A DNA stretch of 57,761 nucleotides from Chloroflexia bacterium (GCA_039810045.1 JBDHWF010000005.1:1-57761), one strand, 5' to 3'. Counted from the stretch's first letter, positions 1-10,115 are shown. Made by a program: numbers and translations. The notes: a model not told the origin generated them from the sequence alone.

Positions 1-235
1 CATCAGCAATCAAGTAGAGCGTATTCTGGGGGGTGCGTCGTGAGCGTTCTCGAATATTCTCGCGGCAGAGGTCAAGGCCGATACCAAACCTGGCTGGCGC
101 TGCCGCTGCCCACCGCTGTACATATCGTCCATCGCCAGTACCGAGATCGATCAGCGTTTCCTGCGCAGCATTAATCTGTGCCAGTAGTTGTTGGCGGTTG
201 ATCACCAATGTTTGGCGGCCAACAATTCCCTCCAT
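1..235 (-). CDS. Class I SAM-dependent methyltransferase resembling NpmA/KamB 16S rRNA (m1A1408) methyltransferases; 3' end runs off the window
   Basis: Not in the ORF track. Manual translation from ATG (CAT 233-235) gives MEGIVGRQTLVINRQQLLAQINAAQETLIDLGTGDGRYVQRWAAAAPARFGIGLDLCRENIRERSRRTPQNTLYLIAD, open to the edge. It has the IDLGTGDG SAM motif, GxD..EN, and an N-terminal beta-hairpin-like segment as recalled for NpmA. GGAG lies 6 nt upstream. Confidence 0.8.
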   Translation of the reverse strand, partial: MEGIVGRQTLVINRQQLLAQINAAQETLIDLGTGDGRYVQRWAAAAPARFGIGLDLCRENIRERSRRTPQNTLYLIAD

Positions 236-615
236 GTTCTACTCCGTTCATTACTCAACAACTTTCAGTGTTGAGCAGGAACGGAGGGGCACGCGCGCTA
301 TAGCCATAGTGTCAACCAAAGGCCAACGCCCCAGGGCTATCCTCTAGGTGTGGATCAGACAGAAACAGCAAAGCGCCCACCTGCCTGTAAACCAGGGTGG
401 GCAGCCAATAGTGAATTATCAGGTGTGGGCTAGATCAGCATGGGGGCCGAGCCAGCAACCCTCGAAATCGCGTGATCATCGGGCAGTCTCACACTACAAC
501 TTGCGAATTACTACGAGTAGCGTACCATACCGCAGGAAGATCGTGCTCAACGCGCACAGAAGTTCAACCATTGTGGCGAACAATCTCGGTGACTACTTGT
601 GATGGAGGATAATCA

Positions 616-2211
616 ATGACGATGCGCCTGTACACCAACGCAACGATCCTGACGATGAATCCCACACAACCAACGGCAGAAGCAGTATTGATCGACAATG
701 GCCGCATCAGCTTCGTGGGAAGCCTCGCTGAGGCTCGGCACTATAGCCGCCCTGATTGCCAGACTATCGACCTGGCGGGCCAAACAATGATCCCCGGCTT
801 CAATGAAGCCCATAATCACATGATTTCGTTTGGGTTGAGTCTGGCGCAAATCGACGCTGGCTATCCGGCAACGCAGTCGATTACGGCCATGATGGATGCC
901 TATCGAAAACAAGCTCAGGCGCAGCCCAACGCCGCCTGGATTCGCGGGCGGGGCTACGACGACAACAAACTTGCGGAGCGCCGTCACCCCAATCGCTACG
1001 ATTTAGATGCAGCAGTGCCTGATCGTCCAGCGATTGTTACCAACGCTTCAGGCCACATGAGCGTGGTCAACAGCAAAGCCCTGCAACTGGCGGGGATTGG
1101 GCCAGCTACTGCCGATCCGCAGGGTGGGCACATTGTCCGCGATGAGCATGGGGAGGCCACGGGCCTGCTGCAAGAAACGGCACAGCAATTGGTCACCCAG
1201 CATATCCCCGAGGCGAGCGCTGCTGATCTACGGGAGGCCGTTCGCCGTTGTTGCGAGGCGTATGCCGCCGCTGGGATCACCAGTAGCCAGGACGCCTCCA
1301 GCAGTAGTGGTGAGGAGATCGCCGCCTATCAGGATGCCCGCGAACATGGCGAACTGCTGCTGCGTACCAACCTGATGATCCGCGATAACCTCTTACCGCA
1401 TCTCGCCGCCTTGGGTTTGCGTGGTCGCTTTGGGGATAACCGACTACGGATTGGCCCGATCAAGTTCTTCTCCGATGGCAGCCTGATCGGGCGCACTGCC
1501 GCCGTGACCGAACCATTCGCTAACGACCCCCGCACCGATAATCTGGGCCTGGAAATGATGCCGCAGGAGGAACTGAACGAACGCGTCTGGTTAGCGCATC
1601 GGGCGGGGTTCCAGATTGCCACCCACGCCATTGGGGATCGCGCTATCGGGATGGTTCTCGATGCCTACGAAAGTGCCTTAGCGCGGCTACCCCGCGCTGA
1701 TCATCGACATCGCGTCGAACATTGCGGCATCTTGCGCCCAGATCTGATCGGGCGACTGCGCGATCACCAATTCCTGGCCGTCAGTCAGCCGATCTTCGTC
1801 TCGGAATATGGCGATGGGTTCCTCCGGCACCTCGGCGAAGAACGTGTGCGCCTGACCTACCCGTTCAGTACGCTGCTTGATGCTGGGATCACCCTGGTCT
1901 TTTCGTCCGACTGCCCAGTCTCGGCCTTCCAACCGCTCAAGGGGATTCGGGACGCCGTTTGTGAACTGACTGGCAGTGGTGAGCCGTATGTACCAGCCGA
2001 AGCAATTACCGTGGAAGAAGCGTTGCACGCCTACACTGTAGCTGGGGCATTCGCTTCATTTGAGGAACAAGATAAGGGACAGATCGCCCCAGGGATGTTG
2101 GCCGACTTCGCGATCCTGCAAAACGATCCGCGCAAAGTTGACCCGCGCACGATTGCGGAGATTCCTGTCACGATGACGATTGTTGGTGGCGAACCGATCT
2201 TTGGCGGTTGA
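616..2211 (+). CDS. Amidohydrolase 3 family (YtcJ-like) metal-dependent hydrolase
   Basis: IPGFNEAHNH, IKFFSDGSL, THAIGDRA, HRVEHC and FSSDCP motifs; GGAGG RBS. Confidence 0.93.
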   Translation: MTMRLYTNATILTMNPTQPTAEAVLIDNGRISFVGSLAEARHYSRPDCQTIDLAGQTMIPGFNEAHNHMISFGLSLAQIDAGYPATQSITAMMDAYRKQAQAQPNAAWIRGRGYDDNKLAERRHPNRYDLDAAVPDRPAIVTNASGHMSVVNSKALQLAGIGPATADPQGGHIVRDEHGEATGLLQETAQQLVTQHIPEASAADLREAVRRCCEAYAAAGITSSQDASSSSGEEIAAYQDAREHGELLLRTNLMIRDNLLPHLAALGLRGRFGDNRLRIGPIKFFSDGSLIGRTAAVTEPFANDPRTDNLGLEMMPQEELNERVWLAHRAGFQIATHAIGDRAIGMVLDAYESALARLPRADHRHRVEHCGILRPDLIGRLRDHQFLAVSQPIFVSEYGDGFLRHLGEERVRLTYPFSTLLDAGITLVFSSDCPVSAFQPLKGIRDAVCELTGSGEPYVPAEAITVEEALHAYTVAGAFASFEEQDKGQIAPGMLADFAILQNDPRKVDPRTIAEIPVTMTIVGGEPIFGG

Positions 2212-2224
2212 AAGGGGGCCAGCA

Positions 2225-2833
2225 ATGCCTAGCATTGATCTTCGTAAAACACAAAAAGCGCTCTACACCCCACCACACGGTAAGATCCAGGTCGTCGAGA
2301 TCCCCACGATGCAGTATCTGGCAATTGACGGACAGGGCGACCCCAACACGAGCCCCGCCTACACCGACGCGGTCAGTGCCCTCTACACGCTGGCCTATGG
2401 GATCAAGGCCGAACGTAAGCGCGACGGTGCAGTTGACCATACAGTGCTGCCGCTGGAAGGCTTCTGGTGGATGGCTGATGGACATCCATTTTCGTTCATT
2501 GAGCGCAGTGGTTGGCGCTGGACCATGCTGATTCGCCAGCCTGACGATACCACTGCCACGCAATTTTCGGCGGCAGTGACCCAAGCAACCAAGAAGAAAA
2601 AGCTCGACAGCCTTGCTACTGTCCGCCTTGAAACAATCACCGAGGGACTGGTAGCGCAAACGCTGCACTACGGGCCATATGCTGACGAAGCCCCGACGAT
2701 TGACCTGTTGCACGCAGCGATCACGGCGCAAGGGCATCAGGCGCGGGACAAGCACCACGAAATCTACCTGACCGATCCACGCCGTAGTGCGCCAGAGAAG
2801 ATGCGGACGATCTTACGCCAGCCAATCAGGTAA
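2225..2833 (+). CDS. GyrI-like small-molecule-binding domain protein
   Basis: YLAIDGQGDPN, LEGFWW, WTMLIRQP, HYGPYADE and HHEIYLTDPRR are typical of stand-alone GyrI-like proteins. Start moved to ATG 2225. Confidence 0.88.
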   Translation: MPSIDLRKTQKALYTPPHGKIQVVEIPTMQYLAIDGQGDPNTSPAYTDAVSALYTLAYGIKAERKRDGAVDHTVLPLEGFWWMADGHPFSFIERSGWRWTMLIRQPDDTTATQFSAAVTQATKKKKLDSLATVRLETITEGLVAQTLHYGPYADEAPTIDLLHAAITAQGHQARDKHHEIYLTDPRRSAPEKMRTILRQPIR

Positions 2834-3365
2834 GCGCAGAAGCGTCTGGCTCAGCGATCCCTTCGGTAAGCTGATACTCCTGGATCCTATCGGCACTGGC
2901 GTAGAGAAACTGCCCATAGAGGGTCTTCCCTTGCAGGATCAAGGGGAGCCAGTAAGGGTCATCAACCCACATCTCGGCATAGGGGATGGCCTGACGCTGG
3001 AACCAGCGCGGCGCGACTTCTTCGGTTTCGTGTGGTTCGCCACTCCATGCCGTAGCAAGGTAGACGCAAACTTGCTGATCCCAATCGGCAAAGGTTGGCA
3101 GGGCGGGAAAGAAGAAGTCGAGCGTGGCTACGCGTTGCAACCGTTGCGGTGTAACGCCGATCTCTTCCTCGGTCTCACGGATCGTGGTCGCCAGGATTGC
3201 CTCGCCTGGTTCAGGCTTCCCACCCACGCCGTTCCATTTCCCCAGGCCAAAGCCGCGTTTCTTCCGGGCCAGGAGGATTTCATCCCCGCGCACCAGCAGG
3301 CAGAGTGAAGCCTGCCGTAATGGAGCCTGCTGGGCGGCGATCCGCTCGGCTAGTGTTTCCATCAA
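2826..3365 (-). CDS. Nudix hydrolase, 8-oxo-dGTP diphosphatase (MTH1/NUDT1-like)
   Basis: KKRGFGLGKWNGVGGKPEPGE..RETEEEIG Nudix box; MWVDDPYWLP. Confidence 0.88.
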   Translation of the reverse strand: MMETLAERIAAQQAPLRQASLCLLVRGDEILLARKKRGFGLGKWNGVGGKPEPGEAILATTIRETEEEIGVTPQRLQRVATLDFFFPALPTFADWDQQVCVYLATAWSGEPHETEEVAPRWFQRQAIPYAEMWVDDPYWLPLILQGKTLYGQFLYASADRIQEYQLTEGIAEPDASALT

Positions 3366-4639
3366 TGAACCTGCGTTCCTGTTAGGTTGCCCCCAGCACG
3401 GTAAGCATCCCGCAAAATCTCAATCGGATGTTTCGTGGGCACCGCTGAACCATGCGTGATCTGCCAGCGACAGGTTTCACTATCACAAAGGGCCAGCGGT
3501 TGCGGCATTGTCGCCGCTGTCTCCCGCACAAACCTGAATAATCCCGCCCCAACGTCCATTCCGATTTGGTATTTCTCCTGCTTCAGACCATAAGTGCCAG
3601 CAATGCCGCAACAGGCAGCCTCGCTCTCCGCGACCCGCAGGCCAGGAATCAAGGTCAGCAGATCGAGCGCAGGCCGCCCGATCCGATGCGCCCGTAACTG
3701 GCATGGGGGATGATAGGGTAACGGCCCATCGGTAAATTCGGGGGGAAGCGCAAAGTCGGTGCGAAGTTCGCCACGTTCGTGCAGATCGCGCAAAAATTCG
3801 CAAATATCCCAGGTATGTGCCGTCAGCAACCGGGCATCAGCGCTGTGGATCCCCAGCAGTTCCGGCGCTTCTTCTTTCAACGTCAGGGTACAACTGGTCG
3901 AAGTGCCAACAATCGGATAACCACGCCGAACCCAGGGCAATAATGTTTGGAGATTCGCCTCATGCTGCTGACGCGCCGCTGCAAACTCCCCATTTGAGAG
4001 CATCGGCAATCCACAGCAGCGCTGGCGGGCCAGAATCACCTCAAAGCCGTTGTGTTCCAACACTTCAACTGCGGCAAGGCCAACGTGTGGCTCATAATAA
4101 TTCGTCGCACAGCCGTGAAAGAAGACGACTTTCTTGGTGGCCGAGCGTAAGCGGCCACGCCGCTTACGGAAGATCCGCCGAAATGTCTGGCCGGAAAATG
4201 GCGGCAGCGGCGCGTGACGATCCACGCCAATCGTGCGCTCGATCACCTGCCGCAATGGGCCATTCCTGAGCGTCCAGTTCGCCAGGGGCGCAAAAAGATC
4301 GCCCACCTGCCCCAGCAGTTCAGCCCGCCCCAGCAAACGGTTCCGCAGGGGCAACCCACGTTCCGCCACGATCTCTGCCCGCGCGCGGGCATTCAACTCA
4401 GCAATCTTCACCCCGGTTGGGCAGACCATATTGCAGACCCGACAGCCCGAGCAGTAATCGACCGAATGATCGGGCGAGGGCTGCCCAGGGCGGCGGAATC
4501 GTTGGGCCTGGGGGCCAACGTATTTCGGGCCGGGGAAAAGATCGGTCACCGCAGCGACGGGGCAGGCGGTCGTGCAAATGTTGCACTTGATACAGTGATC
4601 GAGCGATTGCTCTAGTGATTGTAAGATTGGGTCGCTCAC
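3362..4639 (-). CDS. glpC: Anaerobic glycerol-3-phosphate dehydrogenase subunit C
   Basis: Two CxxCxxCxxxCP 4Fe-4S motifs and two CCG domains; GTG start after AAGGAG, overlapping the glpB stop. Confidence 0.9.
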   Translation of the reverse strand: MSDPILQSLEQSLDHCIKCNICTTACPVAAVTDLFPGPKYVGPQAQRFRRPGQPSPDHSVDYCSGCRVCNMVCPTGVKIAELNARARAEIVAERGLPLRNRLLGRAELLGQVGDLFAPLANWTLRNGPLRQVIERTIGVDRHAPLPPFSGQTFRRIFRKRRGRLRSATKKVVFFHGCATNYYEPHVGLAAVEVLEHNGFEVILARQRCCGLPMLSNGEFAAARQQHEANLQTLLPWVRRGYPIVGTSTSCTLTLKEEAPELLGIHSADARLLTAHTWDICEFLRDLHERGELRTDFALPPEFTDGPLPYHPPCQLRAHRIGRPALDLLTLIPGLRVAESEAACCGIAGTYGLKQEKYQIGMDVGAGLFRFVRETAATMPQPLALCDSETCRWQITHGSAVPTKHPIEILRDAYRAGGNLTGTQVH

Positions 4640-5925
4640 AGCAACTCCTTTGTAAACGTGGCGGCCTGATCTACGGGTTCCCGCACGCCCAGCAGATCGT
4701 TCAAGACTGTTCCTGCCGCATACCAACCAGTCGCCAGGGCTACCCCTTCGTACGACCCTTCACGGATCAGGTCAGTGCCACCGAGGGCGGCACCAGCCAC
4801 CACCAGGTTGGTATAGAGCGGCGCGCCATTGGCAGCAATCGGACGCAGCGCTGCATCAGTCAGAATCCCTGCCGTGTGTATCGGTTGCGGGGCAATGAAC
4901 TGATTGGCAAACCATGCGCCACGATGGGCGGGCGCGACAACTGGGAGACCCAAGGCTGTTTCGGTGAGTTGGCCGCTTTGCTCGGCGCGAAAACCACCAC
5001 CAGCAATCCCGCCAGTCGCCAGCAAAAAGGTCGCTGCCTGATGACGCTGTTCCCGCGCCGCTGCTGCGCTATAGAGCGCCGTGATCCGCCCTGCATTGCT
5101 TTCGACGCGTGTGATCCACGAACCAAGTTGAATCCGGCCCCCAGCGCTGGTAAAGGCTTGCGCCAGGATCGTGTACAGGCGCATTCCTGGAACCGAAGGC
5201 GGCAATGTTGGCACCTCGAATACAGGGACACCAGCGTGATCACTCAGGTCAGCAACGACGCGAGCGGCCTGTGATTGCCCCAGTACTGCCGGAAACGCAA
5301 TCTGGGTCGCAGTGCCGCGCACTGCCCGCAATTGCCGCCCAACAGCCTGTCGAAACGATGGCTGCTCAAACAGTTCAGCCAAGATCGTTGGCGTAAACCC
5401 GTGCCGCCGTGCGGTTGTGGGCAACGACAGCCACTGCGCCTGCGCCGCAACGCCCTGCGCGCGGAGATTCGCCGCCATCAGGGACGGGAAGAAATCGCGC
5501 AACTCCTGAAATCCAGCAATCAACAGTGCCGCAGCGTCAGCGCGTGGGACAGCGCCAGCCGCCATAGTTGCCGGCACAAATGCCAGCGGTAATCGCGCCC
5601 CTAACGCGGTTGGCAGATACTGATTACGGGCCAGATCGCCGCTGAACGGGTAGTCAGCCGCCGCGCAATGCGCCTGGAGCAGATTGAGGGCTGGGGCTAA
5701 CGCCGCCAGCCCAGCGCGGGCATAGGGATGGTTGGGCTGCCCGGCAAGGTAGGTAACTGTTGCGGCAGGCGAGGAACCATGCGCCACACCAACCGCACCA
5801 TGCGCCCAGTGGGTGGCCCCATGCCCTTTCGCGATAATCAACACCTGTAACCCCGCCTCAGCGAGCCGCAAACCACTGACTAGCCCCGCTAAGCCAGCAC
5901 CAATTACGATGCAATCGTAGGTCAT
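4636..5925 (-). CDS. glpB: Anaerobic glycerol-3-phosphate dehydrogenase subunit B
   Basis: MTYDCIVIGAGLAG FAD motif, EVPTLPPSVPGMRL, LATGGIAGGG. True start is ATG 5925. Confidence 0.9.
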   Translation of the reverse strand: MTYDCIVIGAGLAGLVSGLRLAEAGLQVLIIAKGHGATHWAHGAVGVAHGSSPAATVTYLAGQPNHPYARAGLAALAPALNLLQAHCAAADYPFSGDLARNQYLPTALGARLPLAFVPATMAAGAVPRADAAALLIAGFQELRDFFPSLMAANLRAQGVAAQAQWLSLPTTARRHGFTPTILAELFEQPSFRQAVGRQLRAVRGTATQIAFPAVLGQSQAARVVADLSDHAGVPVFEVPTLPPSVPGMRLYTILAQAFTSAGGRIQLGSWITRVESNAGRITALYSAAAAREQRHQAATFLLATGGIAGGGFRAEQSGQLTETALGLPVVAPAHRGAWFANQFIAPQPIHTAGILTDAALRPIAANGAPLYTNLVVAGAALGGTDLIREGSYEGVALATGWYAAGTVLNDLLGVREPVDQAATFTKELL

Positions 5926-6060
5926 CGTTCCCCACCTATCGTCAGCGCCACTGGCAAAAGTGTCCCTGATTCGGTAGCGATTATCAAACACCCCGCGTAA
6001 CTCGCGCTGATAATAGTAAGATACCCCTGACGATGCGCCACGAGGGTGAAGGAGGGAAGC

Positions 6061-7218
6061 ATGGCAGCAACATATGATGTTATTGTCATTGGCCTGGGGG
6101 GGATGGGCAGTGCGACTGCCTACCAGCTTGCGGCACGCGGTCAACGGGTGTTGGGGCTGGAACGCTATGCGCCCGCCCATGATCATGGGTCGAGTCATGG
6201 GCAATCACGAATCATTCGGCAAGCCTATTTTGAGGACCCTGCCTATGTCCCCCTGCTCCTACGGGCCTATGAGCTTTGGCGGCAGCTTGAGGCGGAAACA
6301 GGCCAGGATCTGCTCGTCGTCACTGGCGGGCTGATGCTCGGTGCGCCCGATAGTCACGTTGTTCAGGGGGCCATTCGCAGTGCGAAGGAATGGAACCTGG
6401 CCCATGAGATCCTTGATGCCGCCGCAATCCGCCGTCGCTTTCCCCTCTTTACCCCCCATGACAATGAGATCGCGCTCTACGAGACGGAAGCGGGATTTGT
6501 CCGGCCAGAGGCGGGCGTTACCGCGCACCTCGACCGTGCCACGGCGCTTGGGGCAACCCTCCATTTCAACGAACCAGTGATCGGGTGGAGCGCCAATACC
6601 CACGACGGTACTGTGCGCGTCGCAACGGCACAGGGGAGCTATGAGACGGCGCAGCTGGTCATTACCCCTGGTGCATGGGCACCCGACCTGTTGCAACGGC
6701 TCGGCTTACCGCTCGAAGTCGAACGGCAGGTGATGTACTGGTTTGCCCCAGAGGGTGGGGATGCCCCATTCCAGCCAGATCAGTTCCCAATCTACATCTG
6801 GGAAACGCTTCCTGGCGTTACGATCTACGGCTTTCCATCGAGTGAAGGGCCGGGCAGCGGGGCGAAAGTCGCGTTCTTCCGCGTCCCAGGGCCACACCAC
6901 GTCACGACACCAGAGGTGATTGATCGGGAGATTCACTCCGCCGAGATTGACCAGATGCGAAGCGCCATTGCCGAGCGCATCCCCGCTCTGAATGGCGCGT
7001 TCCTACGGGCGAAGACCTGTATGTATACCAACACCCCCGACGAGCATTTTGTGATCACCAACCTGCCCGAGTCACCGCAAATCACCATTGCGGCTGGGTT
7101 CTCCGGCCACGGCTACAAGTTCGCTTCGGTTGTTGGGGAAATCCTGGCTGATCTGGCGACGACTGGCACCACCAACCACCCAATCGACCTGTTCAACCTA
7201 CAACGATTTGGCGGTTAA
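6061..7218 (+). CDS. solA: N-methyl-L-tryptophan oxidase / monomeric sarcosine oxidase
   Basis: [32 protein letters not shown] (covalent-FAD Cys), GFSGHGYKF. Confidence 0.9.
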   Translation: MAATYDVIVIGLGGMGSATAYQLAARGQRVLGLERYAPAHDHGSSHGQSRIIRQAYFEDPAYVPLLLRAYELWRQLEAETGQDLLVVTGGLMLGAPDSHVVQGAIRSAKEWNLAHEILDAAAIRRRFPLFTPHDNEIALYETEAGFVRPEAGVTAHLDRATALGATLHFNEPVIGWSANTHDGTVRVATAQGSYETAQLVITPGAWAPDLLQRLGLPLEVERQVMYWFAPEGGDAPFQPDQFPIYIWETLPGVTIYGFPSSEGPGSGAKVAFFRVPGPHHVTTPEVIDREIHSAEIDQMRSAIAERIPALNGAFLRAKTCMYTNTPDEHFVITNLPESPQITIAAGFSGHGYKFASVVGEILADLATTGTTNHPIDLFNLQRFGG

Positions 7219-7294
7219 GGGTGATCAACGTGGAAGCAATATGCCAGCTTTCCAGCAGCAGAATTACGCTGGGCGAGGAAGCGAGGAAGCGTCA

Positions 7295-7591
7295 CTAAAA
7301 GTAGACCAGTTCGCTCTCGGCTTCAATGATCGCTACGGGCAGATGAAAGCTATCAATGAAGTCAGCAACCTGATCAAGGGTGGCGCGGGCCTGCGCCGCA
7401 TCGCTCGTGGCATAGGCAATCGTCAGTTCGGCGATCTGCCAGCGATCTTGGGCGCCAGTCTCGGCTACGGACAGGTTGAACTTTTCGCGCAGGCGACTCT
7501 GCAACGAGCGCAGTACCTGGCGCTTATCTTTCAGCGAATGGCTCATTGGTAATTGCAGGCGCAAATGTCCCGCAGCAACAATCGCTGCCAT
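7295..7591 (-). CDS. DUF503 (YlxP-like) protein
   Basis: SHSLKDKRQVLRSL..LREKFNLSVAE...QDRWQ pattern. Confidence 0.85.
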   Translation of the reverse strand: MAAIVAAGHLRLQLPMSHSLKDKRQVLRSLQSRLREKFNLSVAETGAQDRWQIAELTIAYATSDAAQARATLDQVADFIDSFHLPVAIIEAESELVYF

Positions 7592-8673
7592 CAGACTGTC
7601 GGGGCAGATGATTCCTGATCAGCCAGACCGGGAGGATCAAAGTTGAGGATACTTGCCATCAGTTGCTCGCGCTCGTTGCGCTCACGCTCCATCTGCAATT
7701 CCATCTTCTTCACCCGATAGAGCGTTTCCTCTTGTAAGTGCCGCACATGAGAGATCAGGTCAGCAATCAGGCCGAACAGCGCGATAAAGATTCCGATAGT
7801 CAGCAGGCTACCACCAGCGATAACCGATTGGATATACCGTGCGCCCGTCGCCGCGCCAGTAATGCGGTAGAAAAGATAGCGCAGTAAAAAGATGATCCCG
7901 ATCAATCCCAGGCTGGCGCCAGTGAGGACAAAGAACTTCAGCGGCTCATACATCGCGTAGATCCGCGCAATGGTCGCCCCCTGCTTCTTGATATAGTCCC
8001 AGGTGCCACGCATCAACCGTGAGGGACGCGTCACCTTATTGGTACGAATCGGTACCGATTCGATCACCATATTCTTCTTACCAGCCTGGATAATCGTTTC
8101 CATCGTGTACGAGTGTTTGGTCACGACATTCAGGCGCAACGCCGCTTCACGGGAGTAGGCCCGAAAGCCGCTGGGGGCGTCTGGCACATTCGTCCCCGAC
8201 CCTTTTCGCACTACCCACGAGCCGACTTTCTGCAACACTTTCTTCGCTGGTGAAAAGTGTTCAATCGTGTCAGTCTGCCGATCGCCAATGACCATATCGG
8301 CCCGATGCTCTATGATCGGCCTGATCAATTCGGGGATCGCCTCTTGTGGATATTGATTATCGCCGTCGGTATTGACGATAATATCGGCCCCGCGCCGTAA
8401 TGAAAAATCGAGGCCGCTCTGAAAGGCCTCAGCCAGCCCTTTATTCCGCACATGGCGCACGACGTGATGAACGCCGTGTTGTCGCGCTACTTCAATCGTG
8501 CGATCGGTGCTGCCATCATCAATGAGCAGCAGTTCAATCGTCGCGATCCCCGGGATGTACTTCGGGATAGTTGCCAGGGTAGCGGGCAGCGTTTCTTCCT
8601 CATTCAGACAGGGAATCTGAATGATCAGCTTGAGGCCGGTACCACTAACGCCCTGCCACTCCCCGCTCACCAT
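7591..8673 (-). CDS. Glycosyltransferase family 2 with C-terminal membrane helices
   Basis: IPCLNEE, IDDGSTD, NTDGDNQY (DxD), SGFRAYSR. GGAGG RBS favours ATG 8673. Confidence 0.9.
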   Translation of the reverse strand: MVSGEWQGVSGTGLKLIIQIPCLNEEETLPATLATIPKYIPGIATIELLLIDDGSTDRTIEVARQHGVHHVVRHVRNKGLAEAFQSGLDFSLRRGADIIVNTDGDNQYPQEAIPELIRPIIEHRADMVIGDRQTDTIEHFSPAKKVLQKVGSWVVRKGSGTNVPDAPSGFRAYSREAALRLNVVTKHSYTMETIIQAGKKNMVIESVPIRTNKVTRPSRLMRGTWDYIKKQGATIARIYAMYEPLKFFVLTGASLGLIGIIFLLRYLFYRITGAATGARYIQSVIAGGSLLTIGIFIALFGLIADLISHVRHLQEETLYRVKKMELQMERERNEREQLMASILNFDPPGLADQESSAPTV

Positions 8674-8758
8674 GCCCACCTCCTACGGCGATGCCAGTTG
8701 TGGCCGCCGTTCACCCGAGTTTCGCGCGTGTTGTGGTAGCGACGCGAGTGCAGATACC

Positions 8759-10048
8759 TCACTCGCGTCGATGCGAACGCCCTGCTGGGACATGGGCCGA
8801 ATTACTGACCCCGGTAAAGATTGGTAATGCCTGATGTCCAACAATAAAACGCTCGGTATCAACGTCGGTATCGCCTTCAATCACGCGATCACCGTTAGGG
8901 TTGCGCCCTGGCAGGCCACCAATCGACGCAATCAGTTCTGGCGTAACTGGCTCATCAATCCCCGCGAGTTTGTTGATTTCTTCAATCAGCGTTGGCAGAA
9001 TATCGATCTCGGCGCAGGTGCGGAAGATCTCTCCCTTCGCGTAGATCACACCCTTCCCGCGCCCACCAGCCACACCAAGGTCGGCATCGCGTGATTCGCC
9101 AGGGCCATTCACCACACAGCCCATCACCGCTACTTTGATCGGGGTGCGTACTCGTTCGAGATATTTCTCAACACGTTCCGCCAGGGCGATCAGGTCGATC
9201 TCGACCCGGCCACAGGTCGGGCAGGCCACCATCGTTGCGCCCCGCTGCCGCAAGTTGAGGCTCTTAAGAATCTCAAACCCGGTATAGACTTCCTCAACGG
9301 GATCGCCCGCCAGGGATACGCGCAAGGTGTCACCGATTCCCTGCGCTAGCAGATAGCCCAGGCCAACGGCGGAGCGAATTGAGCCAGCTTTGGGCGTACC
9401 CGCTTCGGTCACGCCCAGGTGCAAGGGGTAATCCACGCGGTCGGCAATCCGCAGATAGGCTTCGATCATCGTCGGCACATCGAACGCCTTCAGCGAGATC
9501 TTGATATTGGTATAGTCCATATCTTCAAGGATGCGGACGTGCTTCAACGCCCCGCGCACCATTTGTTCAGCAATCAGTTCGGTGGTGTTGTTCACCGATT
9601 GGGTGATTTCATCCGATTCTTCTTTGCTGATCTTGGGGATTGAGCCGAAATTGACGCCAATCCGAATCGGCACCTCGCGCTCTTTCGCCTTCGCCACGAC
9701 CTGCCGCACATATTCTTCTTTCTCGATATTGCCAGGGTTCAGCCGCAGGGCGTGAATCCCACCATCGAGGGCCGCGAGCGCGAGGCGATAGTCAAAGTGA
9801 ATATCGGCCACCAGTGGCACCGGGGTCTGCCTGACGATCTCTGGCACTGCCGCTGCCGCCTGCTTATCTGGCACAGCGATCCGCACAATATCGACGCCAG
9901 CATCAACAAGGCGAGCGATCTGCTCGATCGTCGCCTTCACGTCAGCCGTGTCGGTTGTGGTCATCGATTGCACACTAATGGGGGCATTGCCCCCAATCAG
10001 CACGTCACCAATCCGTAGCTGGCGCGCTTTTCGCCGTTGTGGCAACAT
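8759..10048 (-). CDS. ispG: 4-hydroxy-3-methylbut-2-en-1-yl diphosphate synthase
   Basis: VQSMTTT, ADIHFD, RLNPGNI, HLGVTEAG, GDTLRVSL, CPTCGR..VMGCVVNGPGE. Confidence 0.97.
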   Translation of the reverse strand: MLPQRRKARQLRIGDVLIGGNAPISVQSMTTTDTADVKATIEQIARLVDAGVDIVRIAVPDKQAAAAVPEIVRQTPVPLVADIHFDYRLALAALDGGIHALRLNPGNIEKEEYVRQVVAKAKEREVPIRIGVNFGSIPKISKEESDEITQSVNNTTELIAEQMVRGALKHVRILEDMDYTNIKISLKAFDVPTMIEAYLRIADRVDYPLHLGVTEAGTPKAGSIRSAVGLGYLLAQGIGDTLRVSLAGDPVEEVYTGFEILKSLNLRQRGATMVACPTCGRVEIDLIALAERVEKYLERVRTPIKVAVMGCVVNGPGESRDADLGVAGGRGKGVIYAKGEIFRTCAEIDILPTLIEEINKLAGIDEPVTPELIASIGGLPGRNPNGDRVIEGDTDVDTERFIVGHQALPIFTGVSNSAHVPAGRSHRRE

Positions 10049-10115
10049 TATCTTCTCTCTCCTTCTGGCAGGCAACAGCCTGGAATAGTATCGTCTTTAC
10101 AGGCCAATCAGCGGC

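Noticed and set aside
33-602. Plus-strand ORFs 33-347 and 348-602
   Set aside because: The first is antisense to the methyltransferase; neither has an RBS or a recognisable protein pattern.
4615-5274. Long antisense or alternate-frame ORFs (e.g. 4615-5274, 25897-26625, 41336-42037, 42719-43396, 43914-44858, 44924-45577)
   Set aside because: They shadow well-supported genes, as expected in GC-rich DNA, and carry no motifs.
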